NCBI GenBank assembly: GCA_049852185.1
Contig: CP187540.1
Strand: one strand, 5' to 3'
Source of the DNA: Methanocaldococcus sp. 28A
GTDB lineage: Archaea > AGJL01 > Methanococci > Methanococcales > Methanocaldococcaceae
Length of the DNA: 64,000 nucleotides
The position numbers and the translations under genes were made by a program. A model generated the notes under the pieces. That model saw nothing but the letters and a program-made list of their open reading frames with translations. It was not told where the DNA came from and ran no database searches. Below, in pieces: positions 33,009-44,295 of the stretch (position 1 is the first letter of the stretch; each line of letters opens with the position of its first letter).

Positions 33009-34373
33009 ATGATGCCGAAAAATATTAATATTATTGGGTATATATTAATTACTGTTTTCTTACTATTAGTTCCAGCATATGGAGAAAGCGTAGATGACTA
33101 TAAATATAGATTAGGTGACATCAACAAGGATGGCTCAGTAAATATCGCAGATGTCGTATACTTGTTTAAGCATTTAAATGATGTTCCAGTATATGATGGT
33201 GACTTAAACGCAGATGATAGCGTAGATATTGCAGATGTTGTGTATCTATTTGTTCATTTACAACAGTTGAGTGCACCAATTCACTACGCTAAACTATTAA
33301 AAATAACCTACTATGATAAAAATGGGAATATCGTTAACCCATACAATGGAGAGCCATACGCATATAAAATCGTTGTAGATGCCACAGGACAAAGATTCTT
33401 ACTAAAAAATGAAAGTGAACCAATTCCAGCATGGGCTGAAGGAAAATACGATAAAGTAATCAATGTTCCATTAAAAAGAGTAGTAGTAATGAGTTCCACC
33501 CACATAGCATTAATGGAACCACTAAACAATGATGGTTCAGTAATTGCTTCAGTAAAGGGAATAATGTGGGGAGGAAAATACAAGTGGTACTTTAAAGATA
33601 TAGAAGAGGGCTTAAATAATGGCTCAATAATTGATGTTGGTTCAACATACAATCCTAATTGGAACTTAATTCTTAATCTTTCACCACAAGTTATATTTGT
33701 CTATCCAGGATACAGTGGAGATGCAATAATTGAAAAATGTAAGGAATTAAACTTAACATATGTTGCAGATGCTGAATACTTAGAAGATTCCTACCTTGCA
33801 AGATGTGAATGGGTAAAGATGTTTGCAGCATTCTATAATAAAGAAGATGTAGCAAAAGAATACTTCACAAGAATCGAAAAGAACGCATTAAATGTTAAAA
33901 GAATTGTAAGTAAAAGTGATACAAGACCATTAGTAGCATGGGGTAAGAATTATCCTTCATTCGGAGGAACCTACGTCCCTAAAGGACAATCATACGTTGC
34001 TAAGGGAATCGAGTACTGTGGAGGAGACTATATATTCAAGGATATCCCAGGAACTGGCAGTGCATGCATAGATTATGAGACATTTGCAGAGAGGGCTAAA
34101 GATGCAGATGTGTGGGTAATACCATCAAGCACAACATGGTTAACAACATTTAAAGAAGATGATCCAGGGTATGAATACTTCAAAGCAGTTAAAAATGGGC
34201 GAGTATTCTGTATAAGTGATGATTACTGGCAACTTGGATTAATGAACACTGATCAAGTATTAGAAGATTTAGCAACAATAATTCATCCGGAACTATTCAA
34301 GGGAAGAACTACTCACTTCTTCCTAAAGTACTATCCGGATAATAATACAGCAGTGCCATATACTGCTAGTTAA
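33009..34373 (+). CDS. Dockerin-bearing ABC substrate-binding protein (TroA-like helical backbone, Fe-complex/cobalamin class)
   Basis: Cleavable signal peptide (AYG/E, no lipobox Cys); duplicated Ca-binding repeat GDINKDGSVNIADVVYL...GDLNADDSVDIADVVYL; VPLKRVVVMSST, EWVKMF, AVKNGRVF, LEDLATIIHPE. Confidence 0.88.
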   Translation: MMPKNINIIGYILITVFLLLVPAYGESVDDYKYRLGDINKDGSVNIADVVYLFKHLNDVPVYDGDLNADDSVDIADVVYLFVHLQQLSAPIHYAKLLKITYYDKNGNIVNPYNGEPYAYKIVVDATGQRFLLKNESEPIPAWAEGKYDKVINVPLKRVVVMSSTHIALMEPLNNDGSVIASVKGIMWGGKYKWYFKDIEEGLNNGSIIDVGSTYNPNWNLILNLSPQVIFVYPGYSGDAIIEKCKELNLTYVADAEYLEDSYLARCEWVKMFAAFYNKEDVAKEYFTRIEKNALNVKRIVSKSDTRPLVAWGKNYPSFGGTYVPKGQSYVAKGIEYCGGDYIFKDIPGTGSACIDYETFAERAKDADVWVIPSSTTWLTTFKEDDPGYEYFKAVKNGRVFCISDDYWQLGLMNTDQVLEDLATIIHPELFKGRTTHFFLKYYPDNNTAVPYTAS

Positions 34374-34431
34374 GTGAAATTCCTTTTCCTTCTTTTTAAA
34401 CTTTTAAAAATAAAGTTTTTGAAGGTGACGA

Positions 34432-37400
34432 TTGATGAAATGGAAGATAATTATAATGTCAATAATGTCAATTTTAATGGCATTACTAATTGGTGTTAAT
34501 GGAGAAAACGTAACTGTAGAATTAATTCCTAGTGATGTAAATGTATATGTTGGGGATACCTTTAACTTAGATTTAATTGTCGAAAATATCCCAAATGGAA
34601 CAATATCTGATGGTTTTTATAACTACTCTGGATACTGTGGAGGATTCCAAACAGATATTTATTATGATCCATCTGTATTAAATATAAGCCAAAATGATGT
34701 GATTTTAAGTAATGTAAGTAATAGCGCGTCAATTAAAAATGTGGATGTCGAAAATGGAAAAATAAATATACAATTAGCATGGTTTAGTAATTATCCTTCT
34801 GGAAACTTTACAATCGCTACTTTGAAATTTAAAGCATTAAAGCCATCAAATGTTGTAGTTTCATTGAGTAATACTGTAATATCAAATAAAGATGGAAATT
34901 ACACATGGAAAGTTAGTAATAACAATTTAATTTTAAAAGATTCAAATGTAACGATATTATTTAAACCAATTGCCGATTTAATAGTGCCTAAACTATTAAA
35001 TGCTGAATATGGAGAGAACATAACTGTTCCAGTAACTATAGCTCCTAAAGAAAATGAAACTTTAAAATTAATCGAAGGGTATTTATCATACGATAAAAAT
35101 ATGTTAAAACCTGTAAATGTATCTTCAAATGTAGGGACAGTTTTCTTCAACAGTTCAAGTGGTTTCTTTAAAATAGATAATATAAATCAATCTAACAATT
35201 TCACAATTAACATTACCTACAATGTAATAAATGTTGGTAATACAACAGTAAAATTAGACAATGTCTATATGGAAGACACAAATGGAAGTTTTGTAAGTAA
35301 TATTTCGTCTAATGCTACTGAAATAGTAATTCCTGGACCAGATTTAGTTTGTGAAATAGTTCCAGAGCTTTTAAAAGCTTATGAAAACAATACTATTTCA
35401 GTAGTTGTAAAGAATATAGGAGAAAGAAATGTAACAAACAACTTCACTGTTACCTTGTACGCAGATACATTTGAAATAGGGTCATGTGTAGTTAACGGAT
35501 TAGATGTTGGTCAAACTAAGGAAGTAAACTTTACATTCATGCCTACCGAAGAGAAAAACTATACACTTGTTGCTGTAGTTGATACAAACAACAATGTAAA
35601 AGAGATTAATGAATATAATAATAAATATGTTTGTAATTTATATGCTGTAGAATTACCAATTAGTGTAAATTTAGAATCTTCAACAAATGTAACAAAAATA
35701 GAATATACCTTCGAAGTAAACCTTACATTAAACAATATAACTCCTGAAAGACCTGCAAAGGCTATACAAGGAGTTTTAACGTATAATCCAAATGTAGTAG
35801 AGTGTACAAACTTCACATTCTTGATAACGCCTTCTGAAGTAAATGGAACATTCTTAGAAAATATTACATACGAAAAAGGAAAGGTATTGTTCAAATTAAT
35901 GGATGGAAATATTAACCATTCAATAGTCATAGCTACTGCTAAATTCATAGGAATAGATGTAGGTAATTCAAATATTGAATTATCTGATCTTGTAGTTTCT
36001 GACATAAATGGATACAAGTTTAACAAATTATTGACTAATAACGTAAGTATCATTGTACAAGGGCCAAATCTTAAAATAGTTAATCTAAGTGTACCAAATC
36101 CTTCAAAATATAGAGTTCCAACAACAATAAATGTTACAATAACTAACAATGGACACCAAGATGTAAATAAATCATTTAATGTTGCATTGTATGCAGATAC
36201 AGAAGAAATTGGAGAAGTAACTGTTAATGGTCTAAATATTAGCCAAGTTAAAACAATAGTATTTAACTGGACTCCAGATGATACAAGGACATATACTATA
36301 GTAGCTGTTGTTGATCCAAATAATGTAATTAAAGAGGAAAATGAAAGTGATAACAAGGTTGTTAAAGAAGTAAAAGTTATTGAGATACCAGTATGGGTTT
36401 CAGTATATAACACAACCCCTGTAATAAATGGAACATTTAATGCTACAATAGAAGTTAAGGGTATTGAAGATAAAAGACCATGTGGTGGATATCAGGGAGT
36501 ATTGATTCTCAAAAACTTAAAAATTGAAAATATAGAACTTCTTGGGCCAAAATCCTGCACAAACTATACTATAAACAATAATGAGTTAATGTTTATGGGA
36601 TACAATTTCACAGAGACAGGTACATTTAAAATAGCAAATATAACCTTTAAAATTATTGATGAAAATAAAAACTATTCAGCAATATTAGAAAATATGGTAT
36701 TATCTGATGAAGATGGTTATAAATTTAAAATAGTATTTATTAATAACACAATATTGCCTGAATACTTACAGAATATCTTTAAAGGATTATGTATTGAATC
36801 AGGAGTTCTTGATAAGTTAGATATTGAAAATGCAAAATTAGAAACTGCGGGAAACATTACTTTAGTAATATTACCACTGAAAATAGGAAATGTTGGAGAT
36901 GAGTTAATAATTCCAAAAGTTAGTAATAATATAACAATTAATATTACAGATGACGTTATTACAAAAATAAATTCTACATTGACAGATGCAAAAATATTAG
37001 ATGAAATTACTAAATCGATAAATGATGAAGAAGAACTAAATAAAACATTAGATATGATATTAGAAAAAATAGAACCGATACTTTGCGAAGGATTTAACAT
37101 AACAAACAAAACTAAAGAAGAACCAAAGAAGATAAACAATAAATTAATAGCTACAATAAAGTTTAAGGCTGAAAACACATCAAACAAAGGATTTGCAATC
37201 GTTAGAATTCCAATTGGTGAATTAAAAGTTGAAAGTATTGTTGTAAATAACGGAACTACTAATATTACCCTAAAAGAAAATGATATTAACAGTAATGTAG
37301 GTTGGTATAGATATGTAGATACTGGAATTATTGAAATTACCTTAATAAATGACCCTGAAGTAAGTATAACTCTAGCTAAGACATTACCTGTAATTCAAAC

Positions 37401-37896
37401 TACTACAACTACAACTTATTACTATATTGGAGGGGGTGGAGGAGTATCTTCAATAGTAAAAATGTATCCAAATGTAGCACCAGACATAAAATCAGAAAAA
37501 ATAAGAGAATTTGTATATAGAGCAAAATTAATCGTCGGTTCAGAAATAGACTTAAACTTATCAGCAAAATGCCTTAAAAATGAATCAGAGTTAATAAAAC
37601 AACCAATAGATATAACCGAAGACTGCATTTTAATTGGAGGACCAGTAGCAAATCCATTAGTTAAAAAATACATGTGGGTATTCCCAGTAAAAGTAACTAA
37701 CGACTATCCAGGAAAACACAAAGGAGTTATAGAGAAACAAATAATAAACGGACACACAGTAATCTTATTAGCAGGTTCAGATAGATGGGGAACAAAAGCA
37801 GCTGTAGAATACTTCAAAACATTAGACGATATTCCATCAGAACCAATATTCGTAGAATGGATTAACGGAACTGCCATAAAGATTAATAAACCTTAA
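34432..37896 (+). CDS. Scaffoldin-like surface protein: about 4 cohesin-like modules, 2 CARDB domains, Thr/Gly linker, S-layer-type C-terminal domain
   Basis: Signal peptide; CGGFQTDIYYDPSVL, IEGYLSYDKNML, AIQGVLTYNPNVV, CGGYQGVL; CARDB motifs VVDTNNNVKEINEYNN and VVDPNNVIKEENESDN; IGGPVANP...LAGSDRWGTKAA. Confidence 0.83.
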   Translation: MMKWKIIIMSIMSILMALLIGVNGENVTVELIPSDVNVYVGDTFNLDLIVENIPNGTISDGFYNYSGYCGGFQTDIYYDPSVLNISQNDVILSNVSNSASIKNVDVENGKINIQLAWFSNYPSGNFTIATLKFKALKPSNVVVSLSNTVISNKDGNYTWKVSNNNLILKDSNVTILFKPIADLIVPKLLNAEYGENITVPVTIAPKENETLKLIEGYLSYDKNMLKPVNVSSNVGTVFFNSSSGFFKIDNINQSNNFTINITYNVINVGNTTVKLDNVYMEDTNGSFVSNISSNATEIVIPGPDLVCEIVPELLKAYENNTISVVVKNIGERNVTNNFTVTLYADTFEIGSCVVNGLDVGQTKEVNFTFMPTEEKNYTLVAVVDTNNNVKEINEYNNKYVCNLYAVELPISVNLESSTNVTKIEYTFEVNLTLNNITPERPAKAIQGVLTYNPNVVECTNFTFLITPSEVNGTFLENITYEKGKVLFKLMDGNINHSIVIATAKFIGIDVGNSNIELSDLVVSDINGYKFNKLLTNNVSIIVQGPNLKIVNLSVPNPSKYRVPTTINVTITNNGHQDVNKSFNVALYADTEEIGEVTVNGLNISQVKTIVFNWTPDDTRTYTIVAVVDPNNVIKEENESDNKVVKEVKVIEIPVWVSVYNTTPVINGTFNATIEVKGIEDKRPCGGYQGVLILKNLKIENIELLGPKSCTNYTINNNELMFMGYNFTETGTFKIANITFKIIDENKNYSAILENMVLSDEDGYKFKIVFINNTILPEYLQNIFKGLCIESGVLDKLDIENAKLETAGNITLVILPLKIGNVGDELIIPKVSNNITINITDDVITKINSTLTDAKILDEITKSINDEEELNKTLDMILEKIEPILCEGFNITNKTKEEPKKINNKLIATIKFKAENTSNKGFAIVRIPIGELKVESIVVNNGTTNITLKENDINSNVGWYRYVDTGIIEITLINDPEVSITLAKTLPVIQTTTTTTYYYIGGGGGVSSIVKMYPNVAPDIKSEKIREFVYRAKLIVGSEIDLNLSAKCLKNESELIKQPIDITEDCILIGGPVANPLVKKYMWVFPVKVTNDYPGKHKGVIEKQIINGHTVILLAGSDRWGTKAAVEYFKTLDDIPSEPIFVEWINGTAIKINKP

Positions 37897-38062
37897 ATAT
37901 CCCTTCCCATTTATTTTTTTATTTTATTTTGGTAATAATATTTTTAAATATTTTCATACTTTTAACAATATTTAATTAAAATTATCATAAATTATATATA
38001 TAAAATATGTTAAATTATTATCATATAACATTATTTGAAAAAAAATAATACGGATGGATATC

Positions 38063-39391
38063 ATGTTTAAGAAAATAGTATTATTAATAATGGCTATTTT
38101 ATTGACACCATTGGCATTTGGAGAAAACGTAGGAGATATAAATGGAGATGGGTCAATAAATATTGCAGATGTGGTATATCTATTTAAGCATCTTAATGAT
38201 ATCCCCTTAGATGTTGGAGATTTAAACTGTGATAACTCAGTTGATATTGCAGATGTTGTGTATCTATTTAACAACATTCAACATTGGAGTCAACCTGTAG
38301 TATTTGCTAAGAACTTTGAAATAGAATACTATGATGCTAATGGAATTCCTGTAAGTTATAATGATAATTGGTCATATGCAATTTTAACTACAAAATATGG
38401 AGATACTATTTATAATAAATACTGTATTGTAAAAGAGGGTGAAAAGCCTCCTAGTAATTTACCTTCAGATATAAAAGTTATATATGCGCCTGTAAAAAAA
38501 GTAGCAACATTAAGTGATTTCCAAGTAGCTATGCTTGAAGCGTTAGATGATGATAAAGTAAGAGAATCTATAAAGGGAGTATCCAAATACACATACATCA
38601 GAATAAAAGATTATGGGGTATTTTCTGATTTAAAACCATATGTTGATAGTGGAGATATTGTTCCAATAGGGTCTCCTTGGGGTACAATTGATAAAGAGGC
38701 ATTATTAAATATAAGTCCAGATATTGTGTTTATCCCATGGTCACATGGCTATTTAGTCCAAGATATTAATACAGTAAAAGATTTAGGACTTAATTATCTT
38801 GTAACGGTCGAATCAAATGAACCAACATTCCTTGGAAAGGCTGAATGGATAAAAGTGTATGCTACGTTATATAATTTATGCAGTAAAGGAAATGATTTCT
38901 TCCAAAAAGTTTGGAAAAAGAGAAATGAACTTTTGAGAAAAACATATGATGTTGACTATAGACCAAAAGTAGGTATACTTTATTGGTCACCATATTCAGG
39001 ACCTTGGGTATATTGTGGCCAAAACTGTTATGCAAAATTAGTTTCAGATTTTAGAGGAGATTATGCATTTAAAGATATTCCTGGAACTTCATATGCAAAT
39101 CTTGATGAAGAAACAACCTTAGAACACTTACAAGGATGTGACGTGCTTATATATATGAACTGGAATTCATTAAACGAGCCAATAAATACACTTGAAGATT
39201 TAAAAAAAGATGTACCACAATTAGATCCAATAATAGACCATGCAAAGAGAGTGTATGTATCTAAATATAACTATGGATATGATGGATATGTACATATGGA
39301 TTTATTAATGGAAGACTTCGCAAGAATGATTCATCCAGAATGCTTTGATGGTGGAGATAGTGAATTACATTACTTCAAAAAACTGAAATAA
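38063..39391 (+). CDS. Second dockerin-bearing ABC substrate-binding protein
   Basis: Cleavable signal peptide (AFG/E); GDINGDGSINIADVVYL...GDLNCDNSVDIADVVYL; APVKKVATLS, KAEWIKVY, EDFARMIHPE. Confidence 0.88.
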   Translation: MFKKIVLLIMAILLTPLAFGENVGDINGDGSINIADVVYLFKHLNDIPLDVGDLNCDNSVDIADVVYLFNNIQHWSQPVVFAKNFEIEYYDANGIPVSYNDNWSYAILTTKYGDTIYNKYCIVKEGEKPPSNLPSDIKVIYAPVKKVATLSDFQVAMLEALDDDKVRESIKGVSKYTYIRIKDYGVFSDLKPYVDSGDIVPIGSPWGTIDKEALLNISPDIVFIPWSHGYLVQDINTVKDLGLNYLVTVESNEPTFLGKAEWIKVYATLYNLCSKGNDFFQKVWKKRNELLRKTYDVDYRPKVGILYWSPYSGPWVYCGQNCYAKLVSDFRGDYAFKDIPGTSYANLDEETTLEHLQGCDVLIYMNWNSLNEPINTLEDLKKDVPQLDPIIDHAKRVYVSKYNYGYDGYVHMDLLMEDFARMIHPECFDGGDSELHYFKKLK

Positions 39392-39490
39392 TCACACTAT
39401 TTTAATTTTGTCCTATTTTTATCTTCTAAATATTTAAATTTAAAGTTTATTAAAATATTTTTATATCTTATAAAGATAACTATAAATGAT

Positions 39491-39554
39491 TTATAGTTGT
39501 GTTCAAAATAAAATAAACTTTTATAAGGACAGATAGTTTTGCACACAACTATAA
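39491..39554. mobile_element. 64-bp internally deleted copy of the 24840 MITE
   Basis: Same ends and subterminal sequence; central hairpin missing. Confidence 0.88.
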
Positions 39555-39567
39555 ACTCTCATAGAAG

Positions 39568-40620
39568 GTGGTTATTTTGAACATTAGGATTAAAGCTCTA
39601 ACAGTATTTTTATTGTTAATGATATTTTCTTTGTCAATATTGAGTATAACTACTGGAACCATAAAAATAGAGCCAAAAAAATTTTATAACTATTTAATGG
39701 AAGGCACTACAGGTAATCCTATATATGACAAAATTATTGAAAAGTGCAGACTTCCAAGAACTGTTGGAGCAATATTTGCAGGAATGGGTTTAGCAGTAGC
39801 AGGCTTGTTGATGCAAAGTTTGTTTAGAAACCCTTTAGCTGACCCTTATCTAATAGGAGTCTCGAGTGGAGCTTCTTTAGGAGTAGCTCTTTATGTTTTT
39901 ACATCATTACTATTTAAGTTTGGTATACCTCAATCTATATGGGGATTTATAATATCTGCATACTTAGGTTCACTATTATCTATGTTCATTATTTTAGCCC
40001 TTGCAAAGAAGGTTAAACAAATTACCACACTTTTAATTGTTGGACTTATGATTGGCTATATCTCATCTGGGTTAATCACAATAGTTATTACATTTAGTGA
40101 TTTTCTTGGAGTTAATAACGATGTCTTGGCAAGTTTTATTATGTGGGGATATGGCTCTTTAAGTCAATTAACTATGAAGGAGTCAATAATTATGAGTATT
40201 TTTGTAGTTATATGTTGCTTTATAACTTACTTTTTGTCAAAATACCTTGATTCTTACTTACTTGGAGAAATGTATGCTAAGAGTGTTGGAGTTAATATAA
40301 AAAATTTGAGAATAGTTATAATTTTAATATCTTGTATGATTACAGCTAGTATTGTAGCATTTGCTGGACCAATAGGATTCGTTGGAATGGTTTGTCCAAT
40401 TGTTACAAGGTTGTTATGTGGAACATCAAAACATCTCTATGTAATTCCTAATGCTATGTTAATAGGTGCAATTTTTTTAATGATAGCGGATATTCTTGTA
40501 AGACCTGGAGTAATAATTCCAACAACAAGCACAGAACTACCTTTAATGTGTCCTTTATCAATTATTGGAGCTCCAATAGCCATAATGATATATATCAAAA
40601 GAAAAAAGATGGGGATATAA
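39568..40620 (+). CDS. FecCD/BtuC-family ABC permease
   Basis: [41 protein letters not shown] and GPIGFVG motifs. Confidence 0.93.
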   Translation: MVILNIRIKALTVFLLLMIFSLSILSITTGTIKIEPKKFYNYLMEGTTGNPIYDKIIEKCRLPRTVGAIFAGMGLAVAGLLMQSLFRNPLADPYLIGVSSGASLGVALYVFTSLLFKFGIPQSIWGFIISAYLGSLLSMFIILALAKKVKQITTLLIVGLMIGYISSGLITIVITFSDFLGVNNDVLASFIMWGYGSLSQLTMKESIIMSIFVVICCFITYFLSKYLDSYLLGEMYAKSVGVNIKNLRIVIILISCMITASIVAFAGPIGFVGMVCPIVTRLLCGTSKHLYVIPNAMLIGAIFLMIADILVRPGVIIPTTSTELPLMCPLSIIGAPIAIMIYIKRKKMGI

Positions 40621-41636
40621 TGAGAAAAATATCCATAATTTTGCTAATGGTTTTGTTAATATTTTCTCTATTTGTTTTTGGAATATTTAAAGGAGGTAAT
40701 GCAAAGTCAATAACTATGGATGATGTAAAAAATTTTTTAATTTATGGGACTACTGGAGATGAGTTTAAAGATACTATTATATGGGATGTTAGAATTCCTC
40801 CGTTAATAACTGCTTTAATTGTTGGAGCAGTTCTATCAGTTTCTGGATTAAAGCTACAGACACTTTTTAGAAATATTTTAGCTTCTCCATACACAACTGG
40901 AATATCCACTGGAGTTATATTGGGAGTAGCGATTACTATATTCTTAGGTTTTTCATTTTCAAATTTTTTAGAGATTCCTGATTATGTTATAGGAGGGTGG
41001 ATAGGAGCAGCTATAGCTTTAATAATATTATTGGCTCTTGCTTCAAAAATTAAGGATGTTACTGGAGTTTTAATTTGTAGTATATTGTTTGGATACTTCT
41101 ACTATGGAATTGAGAGCTATTTAATAAGTTTTGCTAACAATATCCAGATTCAAGAATTTTGGATGTTTTTACAGGGAAGTTTTTCAGGAGTAAGCTGGGA
41201 TGATTTAAAATTACTTAGTATCTGCTCAATAATCTTTTTGATATCATCCTATATGCTTTCAAAGCATTTAAATGCCCTACTTTTTGGAGAAAAATATGCA
41301 AAAAGCTTTGGTTTAAGTATAAAATATGTGAGGTTATTAATTTTATTACTCTCGGGGTTTATTGTCGGGGTTGTAATTCCTTATGTAGGTTTAATCCCAT
41401 TTATTGGTTTGGCAGCGCCATATATTGCAAGAATTCTAATGAAAACTTCAGACCACAGATGGACTATTCCTGCATCTATGTTAATTGGGATGAATATTGC
41501 TTTGATTTGTTATTTAATATCAATAAAATTATTTGCTCCAAGGGTAGTTCCTGTAAAATCAATTTTAGATTTATTAGGTGGAGCATTAGTAGTATATTTA
41601 ATATACACATCTGAAAAAAAGGTTAAATTTGAATAA
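40620..41636 (+). CDS. FecCD/BtuC-family ABC permease (second subunit)
   Basis: LQTLFRNILASPY, LLFGEKYAKSFGL and GLIPFIGL motifs; start overlaps the upstream stop (TAATG). Confidence 0.92.
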   Translation: MRKISIILLMVLLIFSLFVFGIFKGGNAKSITMDDVKNFLIYGTTGDEFKDTIIWDVRIPPLITALIVGAVLSVSGLKLQTLFRNILASPYTTGISTGVILGVAITIFLGFSFSNFLEIPDYVIGGWIGAAIALIILLALASKIKDVTGVLICSILFGYFYYGIESYLISFANNIQIQEFWMFLQGSFSGVSWDDLKLLSICSIIFLISSYMLSKHLNALLFGEKYAKSFGLSIKYVRLLILLLSGFIVGVVIPYVGLIPFIGLAAPYIARILMKTSDHRWTIPASMLIGMNIALICYLISIKLFAPRVVPVKSILDLLGGALVVYLIYTSEKKVKFE

Positions 41637-41644
41637 TAAATCTC

Positions 41645-43072
<1,428 letters not shown>

Positions 43073-43118
43073 TTACACCAAAAATGTTTTAGATTTTAAT
43101 ATTTTTAAAATTATATCT

Positions 43119-43178
43119 AATGGGACTTTTGCAAATCATTTTTTCATTGACACATATATAAAGTGCGGAAGTTCTATT
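43119..43178. mobile_element. Degenerate short MITE with IS701-like ends
   Basis: tgggacttttgca...atatataaagtgcggaagttcta; right part matches 10085-10107. Confidence 0.6.
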
Positions 43179-43270
43179 ATAATTACACAAGAAATTTTAA
43201 AACAAATATTTAAAATTTTCCTTTAAAATTTAAATTCCAATAATATCCTCATTTTTTTGTTATCTATCTT

Positions 43271-43334
43271 TTATAGTTATGTGCAAAACTATCTGTCCTT
43301 ATAAAAGTTTATTTTATTTTGAACACAACTATAA
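43271..43334. mobile_element. 64-bp MITE, reverse complement of the 39491-39554 copy
   Basis: 63/64 identical by direct comparison. Confidence 0.88.
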
Positions 43335-43411
43335 TTTATATTAAAATAGAACAATTTTAGCAAAAAAGAATTTAATATGTATAAAAAATCCATAATTAAA
43401 CTTTCTTATAT

Positions 43412-43907
43412 TTTTCTATACTGAAGGTCTAATTTTAATAAAGAAAAAGAAATTTTATGCTATTTTATACAAATGTTTCCACACGAATCGGTCTTATTTT
43501 AATTTTAATTGGTATATTGAATATATTAAATAAAAGTGATGTAAATAAAGTTTCCATACCGAATCGGTCTTATTTTAATTATTCTTTTTATAGTTGCTTA
43601 TTATGACAGTTCCATCGTTTCCATACCGAATCGGTCTTATTTTAATACTCAACTGAAACACTTGCTAATCACACTTATAATGTTTCCATACCGAATCGGT
43701 CTTATTTTAATTATTAATAAATGTAATACTTTTTTTAAAATTTTTTGGTTTCCATACCGAATCGGTCTTATTTTAATAAATAATTAAACTTATTGAAAAT
43801 GGAATCAACGAAGTTTCCATACCGAATCGGTCTTATTTTAATTATATGTGAAAAACCTTTTATTTGTAATCCAATAAGTTTCCATACCGAATCGGTCTTA
43901 TTTTAAT
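43412..43907 (-). CRISPR. CRISPR array, 30-bp repeat ATTAAAATAAGACCGATTCGGTATGGAAAC; 6 exact + 2 degenerate repeats, 7 spacers
   Basis: Plus-strand repeat gtttccataccgaatcggtcttattttaat at 43550, 43617, 43682, 43748, 43813, 43878; degenerate copies at 43475 and ~43412; spacers 35-37 bp, one of 46 bp; decay at the left end puts the leader on the right. Confidence 0.96.
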
Positions 43908-44290
43908 AGGAGGCATTTTTTGAATTAAACGAAATTAAGCATTTTTAAATCTTTATTTTATAGGGGTTATATTACGACCCCCCAATTACCTGATTTCTTT
44001 ATATACCCTAACTCATATAAATACTTTACGGTATTGTATTAATTAGAACAATAAAAACCCCTTAACTAAAAAATCAAATTATCTATCGGGGAAATCTAAA
44101 TATAAAAATAATTATCTAAAATCTCCTAAAAATCTTATTAATTTAATACATCTAAATAAGTAAAATATTAAAAATAAGCTACCCTTAGAAATTATCTAAA
44201 AATCTTTAAAATCAAAAAATAACCATTTAAAAAGATTTAAATTAAAAATAAAAAACTTTCAGCGTGATAAATATAAACCCATTGACAAAC
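43908..44290 (-). promoter_or_regulatory. CRISPR leader
   Basis: AT-rich non-coding stretch next to the most conserved repeat; far boundary approximate. Confidence 0.72.
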
Positions 44291-44295
44291 TTAAA

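Noticed and set aside
35559-36413. 284-aa antisense ORF, plus the many shorter shadow ORFs (1526-1804, 24350-24796, 36717-37187, 52664-53125 and others)
   Set aside because: They lie opposite well-supported genes, show mirror-codon composition (S/F/I/T-rich) and have no recognisable motifs.
37972-38277. Minus-strand ORF with repeated LNRYTTSAIS
   Set aside because: It is the antisense image of the duplicated dockerin repeat.
29388-39391. A true polysaccharide-degrading cellulosome
   Set aside because: No glycoside hydrolase or carbohydrate-binding module is recognisable; the only dockerin carriers here are ABC binding proteins.
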